Source: an uncultured Acidobacteriota bacterium (GTDB lineage: Bacteria; Acidobacteriota; UBA6911). From it: 64,000 bases of DNA. Position 1 is the stretch's first letter. Each line of letters opens with the position of its first letter. Of the stretch, positions 10,333 through 19,685 are shown in pieces. The notes below the pieces were generated by a model that saw only the letters and a program-made list of their open reading frames with translations, was not told the DNA's origin and did not search any database. The position numbers and the translations under genes are program-made. Location of the stretch: assembly GCA_963809485.1 (NCBI GenBank), contig CAWEJX010000008.1:352001-416000 (forward strand), read 5' to 3'.

Positions 10333-10412
10333 GATGCCCTCCTGCACATATGGCTATGAATCAACGTATGGCATGCTAAGGTTGGAATACAATTCGTTTT
10401 GATAAACGATAG

Positions 10413-10449
10413 GATTGCGGATTGCGGAAGTAATCCGCAATCCGCAATC
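10413..10449. terminator. 16-bp stem-loop built from heptamer repeats (terminator/REP-like)
   Basis: GATTGCGGATTGCGGA-agtaa-TCCGCAATCCGCAATC, just after the stop of the aldo/keto reductase. Confidence 0.6.
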
Positions 10450-10456
10450 TGCGGCT

Positions 10457-11601
10457 CTACGCCAGAAGGTCTTGCGCCCTGATCAGTCTGTTTCGGACCT
10501 CGACCCCATTGGGGCACCGAATAGCGCAGGCGGAGCAATCGCTGCAACGAACGGCGCGGATTTCATCCGGCAGACGCATAAAATTATTGCGTGCCTGCCT
10601 GAAGTCGCCGGCGAAATCGTTATAGGCCAGGTACCGCAATTCATCGGTGACCGGTATCCCCTTCGGGCATTTGCCTTTGCACTCATAGCACATGCGGCAG
10701 TAGAGCGGACGGATCTCCTCGTTTCGCGCAAACAGCATTTTCTCGTCCTGAGGAGTATACGGCTCCGTCATTGCCCGGAAGTTCATCTCAACCTCGCTAT
10801 GTTTTCTGCATAAGGCACGGTGGTCGATATGTCGGGATTCATTAAAACCCACTTGACGGCCGCCAGCGGCCCCTCGTTTGTCAGCACCCTCTTCCTTTTG
10901 GGGGAGGCCCGAATCCGGCCATGGCCATCGCGACAATCACTTTCATCGCCACGACGCCGATTCCCGCTTCATGCAGCTTGTGCAGGGCCGCATTGCGGTC
11001 GGAGCCTATCGGGTAGCTGTAGGTGGTTTGCACGACATCGTGTTTTCCGAGTTTTATGATTTTGTCCACGACAGCATTGATATCGTGCGTGCTGATTCCG
11101 ATGAAACGCGTCTTGCCCTGCTTTTTCAGCATTTCCTGGGCTTCGACCGCCTCGTCGGTTATCGAATCCGGCGTGTCTCTGGCGTGCAGATGCCAGATGT
11201 CGACATGATCCGTCCGCAGCGCCTTGAGACTCTCGTCCATTTCCTTGAAGACTTCCGCTTTGGTCATTCCATCGGTTTTGCTGGCCAGAATGATTTTGTT
11301 TCTCCTGGCACTTGAGAGCGGCCCCGGTGATTTCTTCGCTTTTGCCCTTTTCGTACGTGCGGGCAGTGTCGAAGTAGTTGACACCCAAATCTGCGGCACG
11401 AACGAGGACCGCGGGATCGGGAATAAGGCCGACGCCGCAGCCGACACCGGATACTTTCAGGCCGGTCTTGCCGAGTACCCGGTAGCCCACTACGCCTGTG
11501 GACTGGCCAAAGGATTCCGGAGAATGAGAAGCGACAAGTCCCGCAACGGGCAAAGCAAGTCCGGTTTGGAGGAATTTCCTGCGCGATGAATCGAACTCCA
11601 T
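10457..11601 (-). pseudogene. Tat-signal aldo/keto reductase with C-terminal 4Fe-4S dicluster, three frameshifts
   Basis: SRRKFL leader; YRVLGKTGLKVS, NYFDTARTY, LKALRTDHVDIWHLH, GVVAMK; CRMCYECKGKCP and CSDCSACAIRCP. Frame switches near 11310, 10890 and 10795. Confidence 0.85.
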
Positions 11602-12340
11602 GAAGCGCTCCTTTCACAAAAAGGTCTGAAATCCCTGAGCCACGGTATCAGGCTCAAAGACCCAAACACTCCTGATGCGTCCAAAATTGCTGAAAAAGTT
11701 TTTTGATTGCTGCGCCGATGGCTATAAATCCCGGTTAAGGCCTCCATGGGCGGCACAGTGAGGTCCATACGCGATGGCGCCGTATGCGCCGCACCGGATG
11801 TCAAAGATGTGTCCAGCATATCATGAAAAGGGCTCGGATCCTGCAAAATGATTCTATTGCCGGGAACAAGCATCCGTAAGGGGCCATGCGGCCATGGTCG
11901 GGATATCCGGTTGAGACAGCTGCACATCGGCCGTGAGCCGAAATTGCAGAACGCTGGAACAGAACTTTCAGATTCCCACTGTCGGAGGCGCGGCATCCAA
12001 TATCATCCAATATGCCCAGGGACACGATTTCCAGTACACCAACGGCTCGCCCATTCGATATATATCCTTTCCCTTCCCAGTGGCCGGGCAACCTCAATCA
12101 GTCCACCATCTCAAAGGCATCTATCTGAGCCTCGTCTGCCACATAAATCGGCCTGCCTCGGTGATAATTTCGTTTTGAAATACGCTGTTCATCTCCCGTA
12201 GTTTTATCAAGTCCACGCGGCGTCCGCGGTTTGAAAATTCCGGTCTATGCTGTTTTCCCTGTTCTCTGCGTTTTCTGGCGATGCTTATCTGGTGTCCGGG
12301 CACGGAGGCCGCGGGCGATCAGCTCGACGGTGCCGATCTC

Positions 12341-12370
12341 CCAGATCGCGGACAGCACTCCGCGATCTGG
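12341..12370 (-). terminator. 12-bp hairpin downstream of the membrane-anchored protein gene
   Basis: CCAGATCGCGGA-cagcac-TCCGCGATCTGG; no clear U-tract. Confidence 0.35.
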
Positions 12371-12414
12371 ATGCATACCGAAATCCAACGGTTCTCCGAA
12401 ATCCCGGATTTACC

Positions 12415-13200
12415 TCACTTCTTTTCGCGCCTCTTGCGCGCCACGATCACGATGATGATGATGATCAGCAAGACGATTAGCCCTACTCGCAGCAGCTGGC
12501 TCATCCTCATCCCCCCGGTTTCCGCCGCTGCTGGCTCAGGAGCAGCCGGCGTGGCGGGTTCTGTCACTGCTGACTCAGGAGTGGCCGGCGGCGGAGAGGC
12601 CGAGGCCCGCAATGTCGGCGCCGGGGCATGACCCACGACCGAGGTGTCCGTGGTGATCTCCACGTCCGGCTCTTCGACGATCTTCTCGGCCGAGACCACC
12701 ATACCCTTCCTGAGCTCGAAAACGGTTGCCGAGCGGCCATCGACGGTGAACCGGATGGGGTCATCACGTTTCACCACGTATTGCTTGTTCTCGCCGTTCG
12801 CCAAGGTCAGGATAACGGTGGGCGGCGCGATATACCACACACGGCCGCTCAGGACGGATTTGGTCCGGACGGTTACGGGAGTGGTGGTCGTTTTCACCGT
12901 GGCGGTGAGCGTTGTGCCCGGCTGCAGATCGTGCACCGATAGTTCCTTGCCGTCCACGACGAATCTCCTGCTTTCCGGCACCCTGAACGTCCTGAATTCG
13001 CCGGTCGTAAGCTTGACAACGAGGTCGTTGCCCTCTACCTGCACGACCTCGCCTGTTAATTGCGAGGTGCTGACGGTCGCGCTGCCCCTCGCTGTACCTG
13101 ACGTCGCATTCTGTGCCTGGACCGCGACAGCCGCCGCGAAAAGCAGCGACGCGCAGAACACCGCGCACAGGGTGATCGAGAGCTTCGGTCTTGAGAACAT
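12415..13200 (-). CDS. Exported protein with two beta-rich repeats, Pro/Ala linker and C-terminal membrane anchor
   Basis: GAGGAGG RBS; signal peptide ending AVQA; repeats RFVVDGKELSVHDLQPG and RFTVDGRSATVFELRKG; TM helix followed by ARKRREKK. Confidence 0.85.
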   Translation of the reverse strand: MFSRPKLSITLCAVFCASLLFAAAVAVQAQNATSGTARGSATVSTSQLTGEVVQVEGNDLVVKLTTGEFRTFRVPESRRFVVDGKELSVHDLQPGTTLTATVKTTTTPVTVRTKSVLSGRVWYIAPPTVILTLANGENKQYVVKRDDPIRFTVDGRSATVFELRKGMVVSAEKIVEEPDVEITTDTSVVGHAPAPTLRASASPPPATPESAVTEPATPAAPEPAAAETGGMRMSQLLRVGLIVLLIIIIIVIVARKRREKK

Positions 13201-13452
13201 GCTAATCCTCCTCTTGCTCTTCTTTATGAAGTTAGGTGCTATCCCACGACTGCATGTGATGATGCTCACTATGGCAATATTTGAATCAACGAACCGCTCC
13301 TGAGGCGGATACCACACGTAGCGTCGGGCTGCCGCATCGCTGGACCGATCGCCGACGGGAGTCAGACTTGGACAACCGATGTCTTGCCGGCATGATGGGT
13401 CTTGTGGAGGGAGCTAACAGCAAACCTGTAACATGCTGAAGCTCTCGTTTTC

Positions 13453-13480
13453 AGCCTTCGGCAGTGCACTGCCGAAGGCT
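13453..13480. repeat. Perfect 28-bp palindrome between divergent genes
   Basis: AGCCTTCGGCAGTG|CACTGCCGAAGGCT. Confidence 0.8.
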
Positions 13481-13739
13481 TCACGCCTCTCGTTGCTGCC
13501 AGGTTTCCAAATTCGTAAATTGCTTTTATTTTTCTTTAGCATGTTGAGAGATCAAGATAAAGCTTCGGTTTGGCCCCAAATCGCCTATCTGTTAATACTA
13601 ACAGTGGTCGGCAACGGAGGACATGCCCAAAATTGAGAAGTAAGGAATGGTCGCGGGTACTGTCGAATATTGGAGGGATTTGATTGCCTTCCGGCCGGAT
13701 CCTTTGTATCTAAGACATATCCAGAAAGGAAAAACGAAA

Positions 13740-14336
13740 ATGAATAATAAACGGCCAAGGAAAGCGATTCTTATAGCAACGGTCGCGGTTTCCTCTATCC
13801 TGCTGCTATCGGCAGTCATTTTGGGCTTTGCACAGGGCAAGCCGGAGGTCATCGAATGCACCGCCATGGGCACATCAACACAAATGGGACGAAGCTTTAC
13901 GCTGAAGATCATTATCGACGAGTACAGCACAGAGGAAGACAGAAACACCGTGATCCAGGCTTTTGAAAAGGGAAAGAACAAGGGCCTCTATGACGCTCTG
14001 CGCAAATTGCCGACCAGGGGACGGATACAGACTCCGGCTACAGTGGGTTTCGAACTGAAATTCATTAGACTCATGCCGAACAGCCCCACGGGCACCCGCA
14101 AAATCAATATTATGTCGGATCGCCCAATCAACATCGGCGAAACATACTCACAAAGCCGCTCGCTGGATTACACACTGTCTGCCGTTCAACTCGATTTGAA
14201 TGAGGATAGCAAAAAAAGCACCGGCGTCCTTCTTCCGCTTTGCGAGTTTAAACTCAATAAAAAAACCAAAGAGCTCGAAATCGAGGTCCGCAAGAATCCC
14301 TTTAAATTGCTCAATTTCTTCAGCCAGGAGAAATAG
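13740..14336 (+). CDS. Hypothetical exported protein
   Basis: AAGGA upstream; basic plus hydrophobic signal peptide ending GFAQ; 198-aa ORF. Confidence 0.8.
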   Translation: MNNKRPRKAILIATVAVSSILLLSAVILGFAQGKPEVIECTAMGTSTQMGRSFTLKIIIDEYSTEEDRNTVIQAFEKGKNKGLYDALRKLPTRGRIQTPATVGFELKFIRLMPNSPTGTRKINIMSDRPINIGETYSQSRSLDYTLSAVQLDLNEDSKKSTGVLLPLCEFKLNKKTKELEIEVRKNPFKLLNFFSQEK

Positions 14337-14385
14337 TACGAGTGGCCTGCAGTATTTGGGCCGCACGAGGACAGTCACCCAGTAT

Positions 14386-14529
14386 CCCCAAACCGGCGGA
14401 CGAGCCGCTCCGGCTCGTCCAGTACTATATTGCCCCGCCAGGGCGATAGACGGCCTCCTTGCGGAGCCCCTCGTCGATCGCGCTCACCAGCCCCTTCTCC
14501 ATTACCCCGGCGTTCAAAAACGCCCGGAG
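14386..14529 (-). pseudogene. ltrA: Group II intron reverse transcriptase remnant
   Basis: LRAFLNAGVMEKGLVSAIDEG, then after a frameshift APQGGRLSPWRGNIVLDE, a degenerate GTPQGGPLSPLLSNIxLDE motif. Confidence 0.8.
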
Positions 14530-14657
14530 TCGGTGTATATTCAGCTGGACAGCTCCTGAAGCAGCTCATTGGGTATAGCGAGGTAATGGCTACGCAATAC
14601 CGGATACCCGGGAGCGCGTTTGGGCGAACCTGACTCCGACGAGAAGGAGAGATTCTC

Positions 14658-16589
14658 ATGAAACATAGATTTACGTTGCTTGTGCTTCTCCTTGCATTGA
14701 CGTTCGTTCATGCGCAACAGGCCGTCATCTCGCCCGGCGACAATCTGGTCCTTGACGGCATCCCTCCGATTCCGCAGTCCGTTGCCGATTCTGTTGCGCG
14801 CTACACCGAATTCCGCAGCGCTGCGCTTGCCGGCTGGCGCCCGACCAGGATCGAGATGCTCATCGGTACGAGGTTCGCGGATGTCAACCAGATTCACCAC
14901 GTCAAAATGCCCAGCGGGGCGAGGACACAACTCACTTTCTTACCTGAAAGAATCGCTGAGGCTTCCTTTAATCCCGTCAATCCCGAATACTTCGTATTTA
15001 GCAAAGATATCGGAGGCGGGGAATGGTTCCAGAATTTTCGATACGACATGAGCAATGGATCGTCCACGCTGCTGACTGACGGCAAGTCGCGCAACACTCT
15101 CGGGGTTTGGGCCAGGGACGGCAGCAGAATGGCATACGGTTCGACCCGGCGCAACGGTAAGGACGTCGACCTATATGTCATCGACCCCGCAAATCCTTCG
15201 TCAGACCGCCTCCTCGCCGAAAACCAGAGCAGCGGCTGGTCTCCCGTAGATTGGGCGCCGGACGGTAAACGCATTGTGGTCCTCGAGTATGTTTCCATTA
15301 ATGAAAGCTACCTCTGGATATTTGACTCCAACACCGGCGCCAAAACGCTGGTCACTCCGAAGGATGAGAACAATCAGATCTTCTACGGCGATGCTCAATT
15401 CAGTCACGACGGCAAGGGGCTCTTTGTCACGACGGATCGGGAGTCCGAATACCGCCGCCTGGCGTATCTGGATCTGGAGACGAAGAAGCATACCTTTCTT
15501 GGCGGCAAGATCTCCTGGGATGTTGACGAATTCAGGCTGTCCCCGGACGGGAAAACAGTCGTGTTTGTTGTCAATGAGGACGGGGTCGGCGTTCTCCACC
15601 TGATGAATATCACGGGGAAGGAACTGCCTGTCCCGGCCCTCCCTACAGGATTGATCTCGGGCATTGGATGGCACCCATCGGGAACCCACCTCGGATTCAA
15701 TCAGAGCTCGGCGCGATCGCCCAGCGACGTTTACTCTCTGGAGATCGCGACGCGCAAGGTCGAGCGGTGGACGTTCAGTGAGACCGGCGGGCTCAATACC
15801 GCAATCTTCCCGCAGGCCGAACTGATCAAGTGGACTTCATTCGACGGGCGGACGATTTCAGGATTCCTCTACCGTCCGCCGTCATCGTTTACCGGAAAGC
15901 GGCCCGTGATCATAAACATCCACGGCGGTCCGGAAGGACAGGCCCGGCCGGGCTTTCTCGGCGGAAGCAACTTCTTTCTCAACGAGTTGGGAATTGCCGT
16001 TATCGCCCCCAATATTCGCGGCTCGTCGGGATACGGGAAGACATTCCTCAAACTCGACAACGGATTCAAACGCAAAGATTCGTATCAGGATATTGCAGCC
16101 CTGCTCGACTGGATCAAGACGCAACCCGGCCTCGACGGGGAGCGCATCATGGTGATGGGCGGAAGTTACGGAGGGCACGCGACGCTCGCGGTTTCGACTC
16201 AATACAGCGACAAAATCCGGTGCGCCGTGGATATCGTTGGAATGTCGAATCTGGTAACGTTCCTCGAGCGAACCGAAAGCTATCGAAGGGATCTGCGAAG
16301 GGCGGAATACGGCGACGAGCGGGATCCTGAAATGCGGGCCTTCATGGAAAAGATCGCACCGATGAACAATCTGGACAGGCTGACCAGGCCTCTGCTCGTT
16401 ATCCAGGGCAAAAACGATCCCCGAGTGCCGGCGGCCGAATCGGAACAGATCGTTGCCGCCCTGAAGAAGAGAAACACCCCGGTGTGGTATCTCATGGCCA
16501 TCGACGAGGGACACGGGTTTGCCAAAAAGAAGAACCAGGACTTCATGTTCTATGCCATCGTGATGTTCGTGAAGCAACACCTGCTTTGA
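14658..16589 (+). CDS. S9 family peptidase (prolyl oligopeptidase/acylaminoacyl peptidase), secreted
   Basis: Signal peptide, propeller repeats, IHGGPE, GGSYGG, NDPRV, EGHGF. Confidence 0.95.
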   Translation: MKHRFTLLVLLLALTFVHAQQAVISPGDNLVLDGIPPIPQSVADSVARYTEFRSAALAGWRPTRIEMLIGTRFADVNQIHHVKMPSGARTQLTFLPERIAEASFNPVNPEYFVFSKDIGGGEWFQNFRYDMSNGSSTLLTDGKSRNTLGVWARDGSRMAYGSTRRNGKDVDLYVIDPANPSSDRLLAENQSSGWSPVDWAPDGKRIVVLEYVSINESYLWIFDSNTGAKTLVTPKDENNQIFYGDAQFSHDGKGLFVTTDRESEYRRLAYLDLETKKHTFLGGKISWDVDEFRLSPDGKTVVFVVNEDGVGVLHLMNITGKELPVPALPTGLISGIGWHPSGTHLGFNQSSARSPSDVYSLEIATRKVERWTFSETGGLNTAIFPQAELIKWTSFDGRTISGFLYRPPSSFTGKRPVIINIHGGPEGQARPGFLGGSNFFLNELGIAVIAPNIRGSSGYGKTFLKLDNGFKRKDSYQDIAALLDWIKTQPGLDGERIMVMGGSYGGHATLAVSTQYSDKIRCAVDIVGMSNLVTFLERTESYRRDLRRAEYGDERDPEMRAFMEKIAPMNNLDRLTRPLLVIQGKNDPRVPAAESEQIVAALKKRNTPVWYLMAIDEGHGFAKKKNQDFMFYAIVMFVKQHLL

Positions 16590-16670
16590 AAGCAGGATTT
16601 GCCAGTTCCGAGTTCCTGTTGCTTTTGGAATTCGTTTTGGGGGTTTTTCGGCTCCAACCTCAATCCCGTT

Positions 16671-16856
16671 TTATTTGCTCACCAGTACCTTTTGCTTGAG
16701 CTCTTCGAACCAGTTCGTGACAACGATGATTTTGCGGCGAGTTGCCGCGGCGGATGCTTCCTTTTGCGATCCATCATAGGCATTCGATGATTTCTTCATC
16801 ATCAGAAAGAGCTTGCCGTCCGGGCTGATGCGCCACGGCGTGGTATAATGCAGCGT
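16671..16856 (-). pseudogene. C-terminal remnant of a Ser/Thr kinase with PD40-type propeller
   Basis: ISPDGKLFLMMK...KIIVVTNWFEELKQKV resembles the C-terminus of acidobacterial kinase-PD40 proteins. Confidence 0.7.
16841..16849 (+). promoter_or_regulatory. Extended -10 promoter (TGnTATAAT) for the MNT-HEPN module
   Basis: TGGTATAAT ends 7 nt before ATG 16857; no Shine-Dalgarno in between. Confidence 0.6.
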
Positions 16857-17222
16857 ATGGCTGTCGAACAAACGGTGAAATCAAGAGCGAAAGATGCCTC
16901 CAATAAGGTAAAGGCGGGCGATATCGCTCGAGCAGCACGACCGGTTTTCGAACGCCACAACATAGAGCGGGCGATTCTCTTTGGATCTTTTGCCACAGGG
17001 CGACAGAGCCGAAAGAGTGACGTGGATCTGATTCTGGTCAAGAAAACCACCCAGCGTTATTTCGAGCGATTCGAGACACTGCTGGAAGATCTTTACCGGG
17101 CGCTTCCGGGCTGCGAAATTGATTGCTTTATCTATACTCCCCAAGAGCTCGCGTCGATTTCTCACAGGATTTTCGTCCGGAGGGCTCTGGACGAAGGAAT
17201 AGTTATTTATGAGCGTGGATAA
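16857..17222 (+). CDS. Minimal nucleotidyltransferase (MNT) antitoxin
   Basis: ILFGSFATG..RKSDVDLILV and IDCFIYTPQE; overlaps the HEPN gene. Confidence 0.9.
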   Translation: MAVEQTVKSRAKDASNKVKAGDIARAARPVFERHNIERAILFGSFATGRQSRKSDVDLILVKKTTQRYFERFETLLEDLYRALPGCEIDCFIYTPQELASISHRIFVRRALDEGIVIYERG

Positions 17223-17637
17223 GGAACGTTATGAAGCGGGCCGTTGGGTGGATACTGCCAGGGAAGATCTGGACGCCGCCCGCAGCCTGTTGGAATCGGG
17301 GAAGTTTTCACACTCATGTTTTTTCAGCCAGCAGGCAGGGGAAAAGGCGGTCAAGGCACTGTGGTACTTGCTCGGAGAAGATCCCTGGGGACATTCGATT
17401 CAGAAGCTGATCGCGGAGCTTCCCAATCCGGCTGCATTCAAACGATTGCAGCTGCTCATCCAGGATGGAGCCTTGTTGGACCGCTACTACATCCCTACCC
17501 GATACCCCAACGGACTTCCCGACCTGACTCCGGGGCAAGCATATTTCCGGCGGGATGCGGAACTCTGCCTCGAATCATCCCACCGTCTGCTATCGGCGGT
17601 TGCAGGATTTGCAGACGAAGCCGGCAATCCCAAGTGA
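17209..17637 (+). CDS. HEPN domain protein (toxin partner)
   Basis: W...AREDL..A, CFFSQQAGEKAVKA, WGHS, LDRYYIPTRYPN. Confidence 0.92.
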   Translation: MSVDKERYEAGRWVDTAREDLDAARSLLESGKFSHSCFFSQQAGEKAVKALWYLLGEDPWGHSIQKLIAELPNPAAFKRLQLLIQDGALLDRYYIPTRYPNGLPDLTPGQAYFRRDAELCLESSHRLLSAVAGFADEAGNPK

Positions 17638-17817
17638 CCGCTCAACTGCAGAGAATTGGCGATTGAGATTAGAGATTTAAGGGGGAAAAGCATCGGATAG
17701 CTGTGTCCGAGGAAGCTTACTCTAGTTCCCCCGCTGTGCAAATGAAGTGTTTCCCTGCCCTTGAACATTGCCGACACCTTTTCGACATCCTTCAGGTCGC
17801 CGAGCAGCCTTTCCCCA

Positions 17818-17970
17818 TCATATGGTTCGGGATTGAACAGATCCAGATTCCCCGATAGGGATCGAACCGCGCTTCTGCTGATCCGCCAGCCTCTCCCCTT
17901 CCACCAGTTCGAGGACGAGAAAATTTGTTCCGCCGGATTTCCTCAGGTCGTAAATAGCACACACGATTTG
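17818..17970 (-). pseudogene. Kinase-domain remnant of a Ser/Thr protein kinase
   Basis: CAIYDLRKSGGTNFLVLELVEGERLADQQKRGSIP resembles kinase subdomains IV-V. Confidence 0.8.
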
Positions 17971-18099
17971 GGGGGTAAGTATCCAATAATCCTTTATCCG
18001 ATAAATTTTGGGATTTGACGCAACGCCGGTTGGAAGTACTATACCCATCCATGACTACACCTCATTCAAATCAGCGACGCTAGACGATATCGGAGGACG

Positions 18100-18568
18100 A
18101 TGATGCTCCACGCCGGCCGGATGCTTTTTCTGACCTCAATTGCGACGCTGATACTTGTCGCTGCAATTCACGGGCAGGATCAAAGAGGCGGGCCTGGCAA
18201 ACCGCAAAGTGGATCTGTAGCAGGAGCCTGCGGCGGGCAGGGATTCGGAGCTATACCCACGCATCCTCCCCCTAAGTCGCTCTTTCCCAATGCAAAAACA
18301 GATGGGAGGTCCGGAAAAGACCTCGCAGTTCATTCGGTTGTTCATGGCGCCCGGAGTCGGTCATTGCGGCGGCGGCAATGGGCCGTCCCCTTCCGGGCAG
18401 CAGGAAGCGCTTCTGGAATGGGTGGAGAAAGGCACGGCACCGGAGACTTTGCCGGCTACGAGCCGGGATCGGTCACGGCCGCTGTGCCGGTATCCGCTCG
18501 TTGCAAAATACAAAGGAACCGGCAGTACGGATGACGCAGCGAATTTTGTGTGCAGCAAAGGATTTTAG
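18100..18568 (+). pseudogene. Tannase/feruloyl esterase, internally deleted
   Basis: RBS and signal peptide are joined out of frame near 18290 to the C-terminal RLFMAPGVGHCGGG...WVEKGTAP...RPLCRYP..AKYKGTG. The catalytic core is missing. Confidence 0.85.
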
Positions 18569-18616
18569 GGATTCCGGCGGATACTGTTTGATAGCCGCTA
18601 AAAGGGAGACACAACG

Positions 18617-19558
18617 ATGAGGTTCGAATACAAAACGAAAATCAAAATTGCCCTGGTTGCATTGTGCCTGCAGATCAGCCTGGCCCAGGCTCAATTCGCG
18701 CCGGCTCAGGAACCTGCGCCACAGCCCAAACCCAAGACGGATCAACGCGGCTTGAAGCAGATACGCGTGGATCCTCGTGTCCAAACGCGGTCGTACCTCT
18801 TCAAGGACACGGGCGAGAACCTGGAATATGCCCTGTTCATTTCCTCGAAGGTAAGCGAAGACAGGAAAAATCCGCTCATTGTCACCTTACACGGTCTGGG
18901 TGCCGGCCCGGCAATTATGCTTACAAAAGAGGCTGTGGATCTTGCGGAGGAAGGCGGCTACATCCTCGTGGGGCCTATGGGTTATAACGTCCGGGGATGG
19001 TACGGCATCCCGATGGGGCCGCCTCCCGATTTCTCCAAGTTTCCACCCCCAAAGGCCAATGCGGACGGAAAGGTTCAACCGGATAGCAAAACATCAGCCA
19101 AACCAAAGGCCTCCCCTCCCAATGATCCGCCAAATCTGCGCGAGCTGAGCGAAAAAGATGTCATGAATGTTCTGGGCATCGTCCGCAAGGAGTTCAACGT
19201 CGATGAACGACGGATATATCTGATGGGCCACTCCATGGGCGGAGCCGGAACGCTTTATCTCGGCGTCAAGTATGCCTCCATTTGGGCGGCTCTGGCCCCG
19301 GTTGCGCCTGCAGCTTTTGGCCTCAACCCCGACAGCCTGGCGGAAATCAAAAGCATGCCGGTTATATTTGTTCACGGCGATGCCGACGAGGTGGTTCCCG
19401 TTGCCATTACCCGGCAGTGGGTCGATAAGCTAAAACAACTGAACATGACTTACGAATACAAGGAGATGCCTGGGGTAAGCCATGGCCCCGTGATCACGGC
19501 CAGCCTGCCGAGCATTTATGAGTTTTTCGGCAAACACTCGAAACCGTTGATCCATTGA
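18617..19558 (+). CDS. Secreted alpha/beta hydrolase (esterase/peptidase)
   Basis: Signal peptide, LHGLG, GHSMGG, HGDAD and a late His (GVSH). Confidence 0.88.
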   Translation: MRFEYKTKIKIALVALCLQISLAQAQFAPAQEPAPQPKPKTDQRGLKQIRVDPRVQTRSYLFKDTGENLEYALFISSKVSEDRKNPLIVTLHGLGAGPAIMLTKEAVDLAEEGGYILVGPMGYNVRGWYGIPMGPPPDFSKFPPPKANADGKVQPDSKTSAKPKASPPNDPPNLRELSEKDVMNVLGIVRKEFNVDERRIYLMGHSMGGAGTLYLGVKYASIWAALAPVAPAAFGLNPDSLAEIKSMPVIFVHGDADEVVPVAITRQWVDKLKQLNMTYEYKEMPGVSHGPVITASLPSIYEFFGKHSKPLIH

Positions 19559-19685
19559 GGCACGCCTGTCTCAGCAGACCTGAAAATCAAACGCAGGATG
19601 CCGTCGATTCCTCAGCATTGACATTGCGTTTGCGGTGATGATATGAACAACAGCAACGAAAGCGCCTCAAGTTTAGGAGACGGCA

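Noticed and set aside
10881-10883. TGA after GRGC as a possible Cys-Sec site in the aldo/keto reductase
   Set aside because: The homologous sequence continues in a different frame, so a frameshift explains the stop.
11620-12330. Several short ORFs in this intergenic stretch
   Set aside because: No recognisable motifs, RBS or consistent frame.
12247-12480. His/Asp-rich ORF ending HDHDDDDDQQDD
   Set aside because: It is the antisense shadow of the poly-Ile transmembrane helix of the minus-strand gene.
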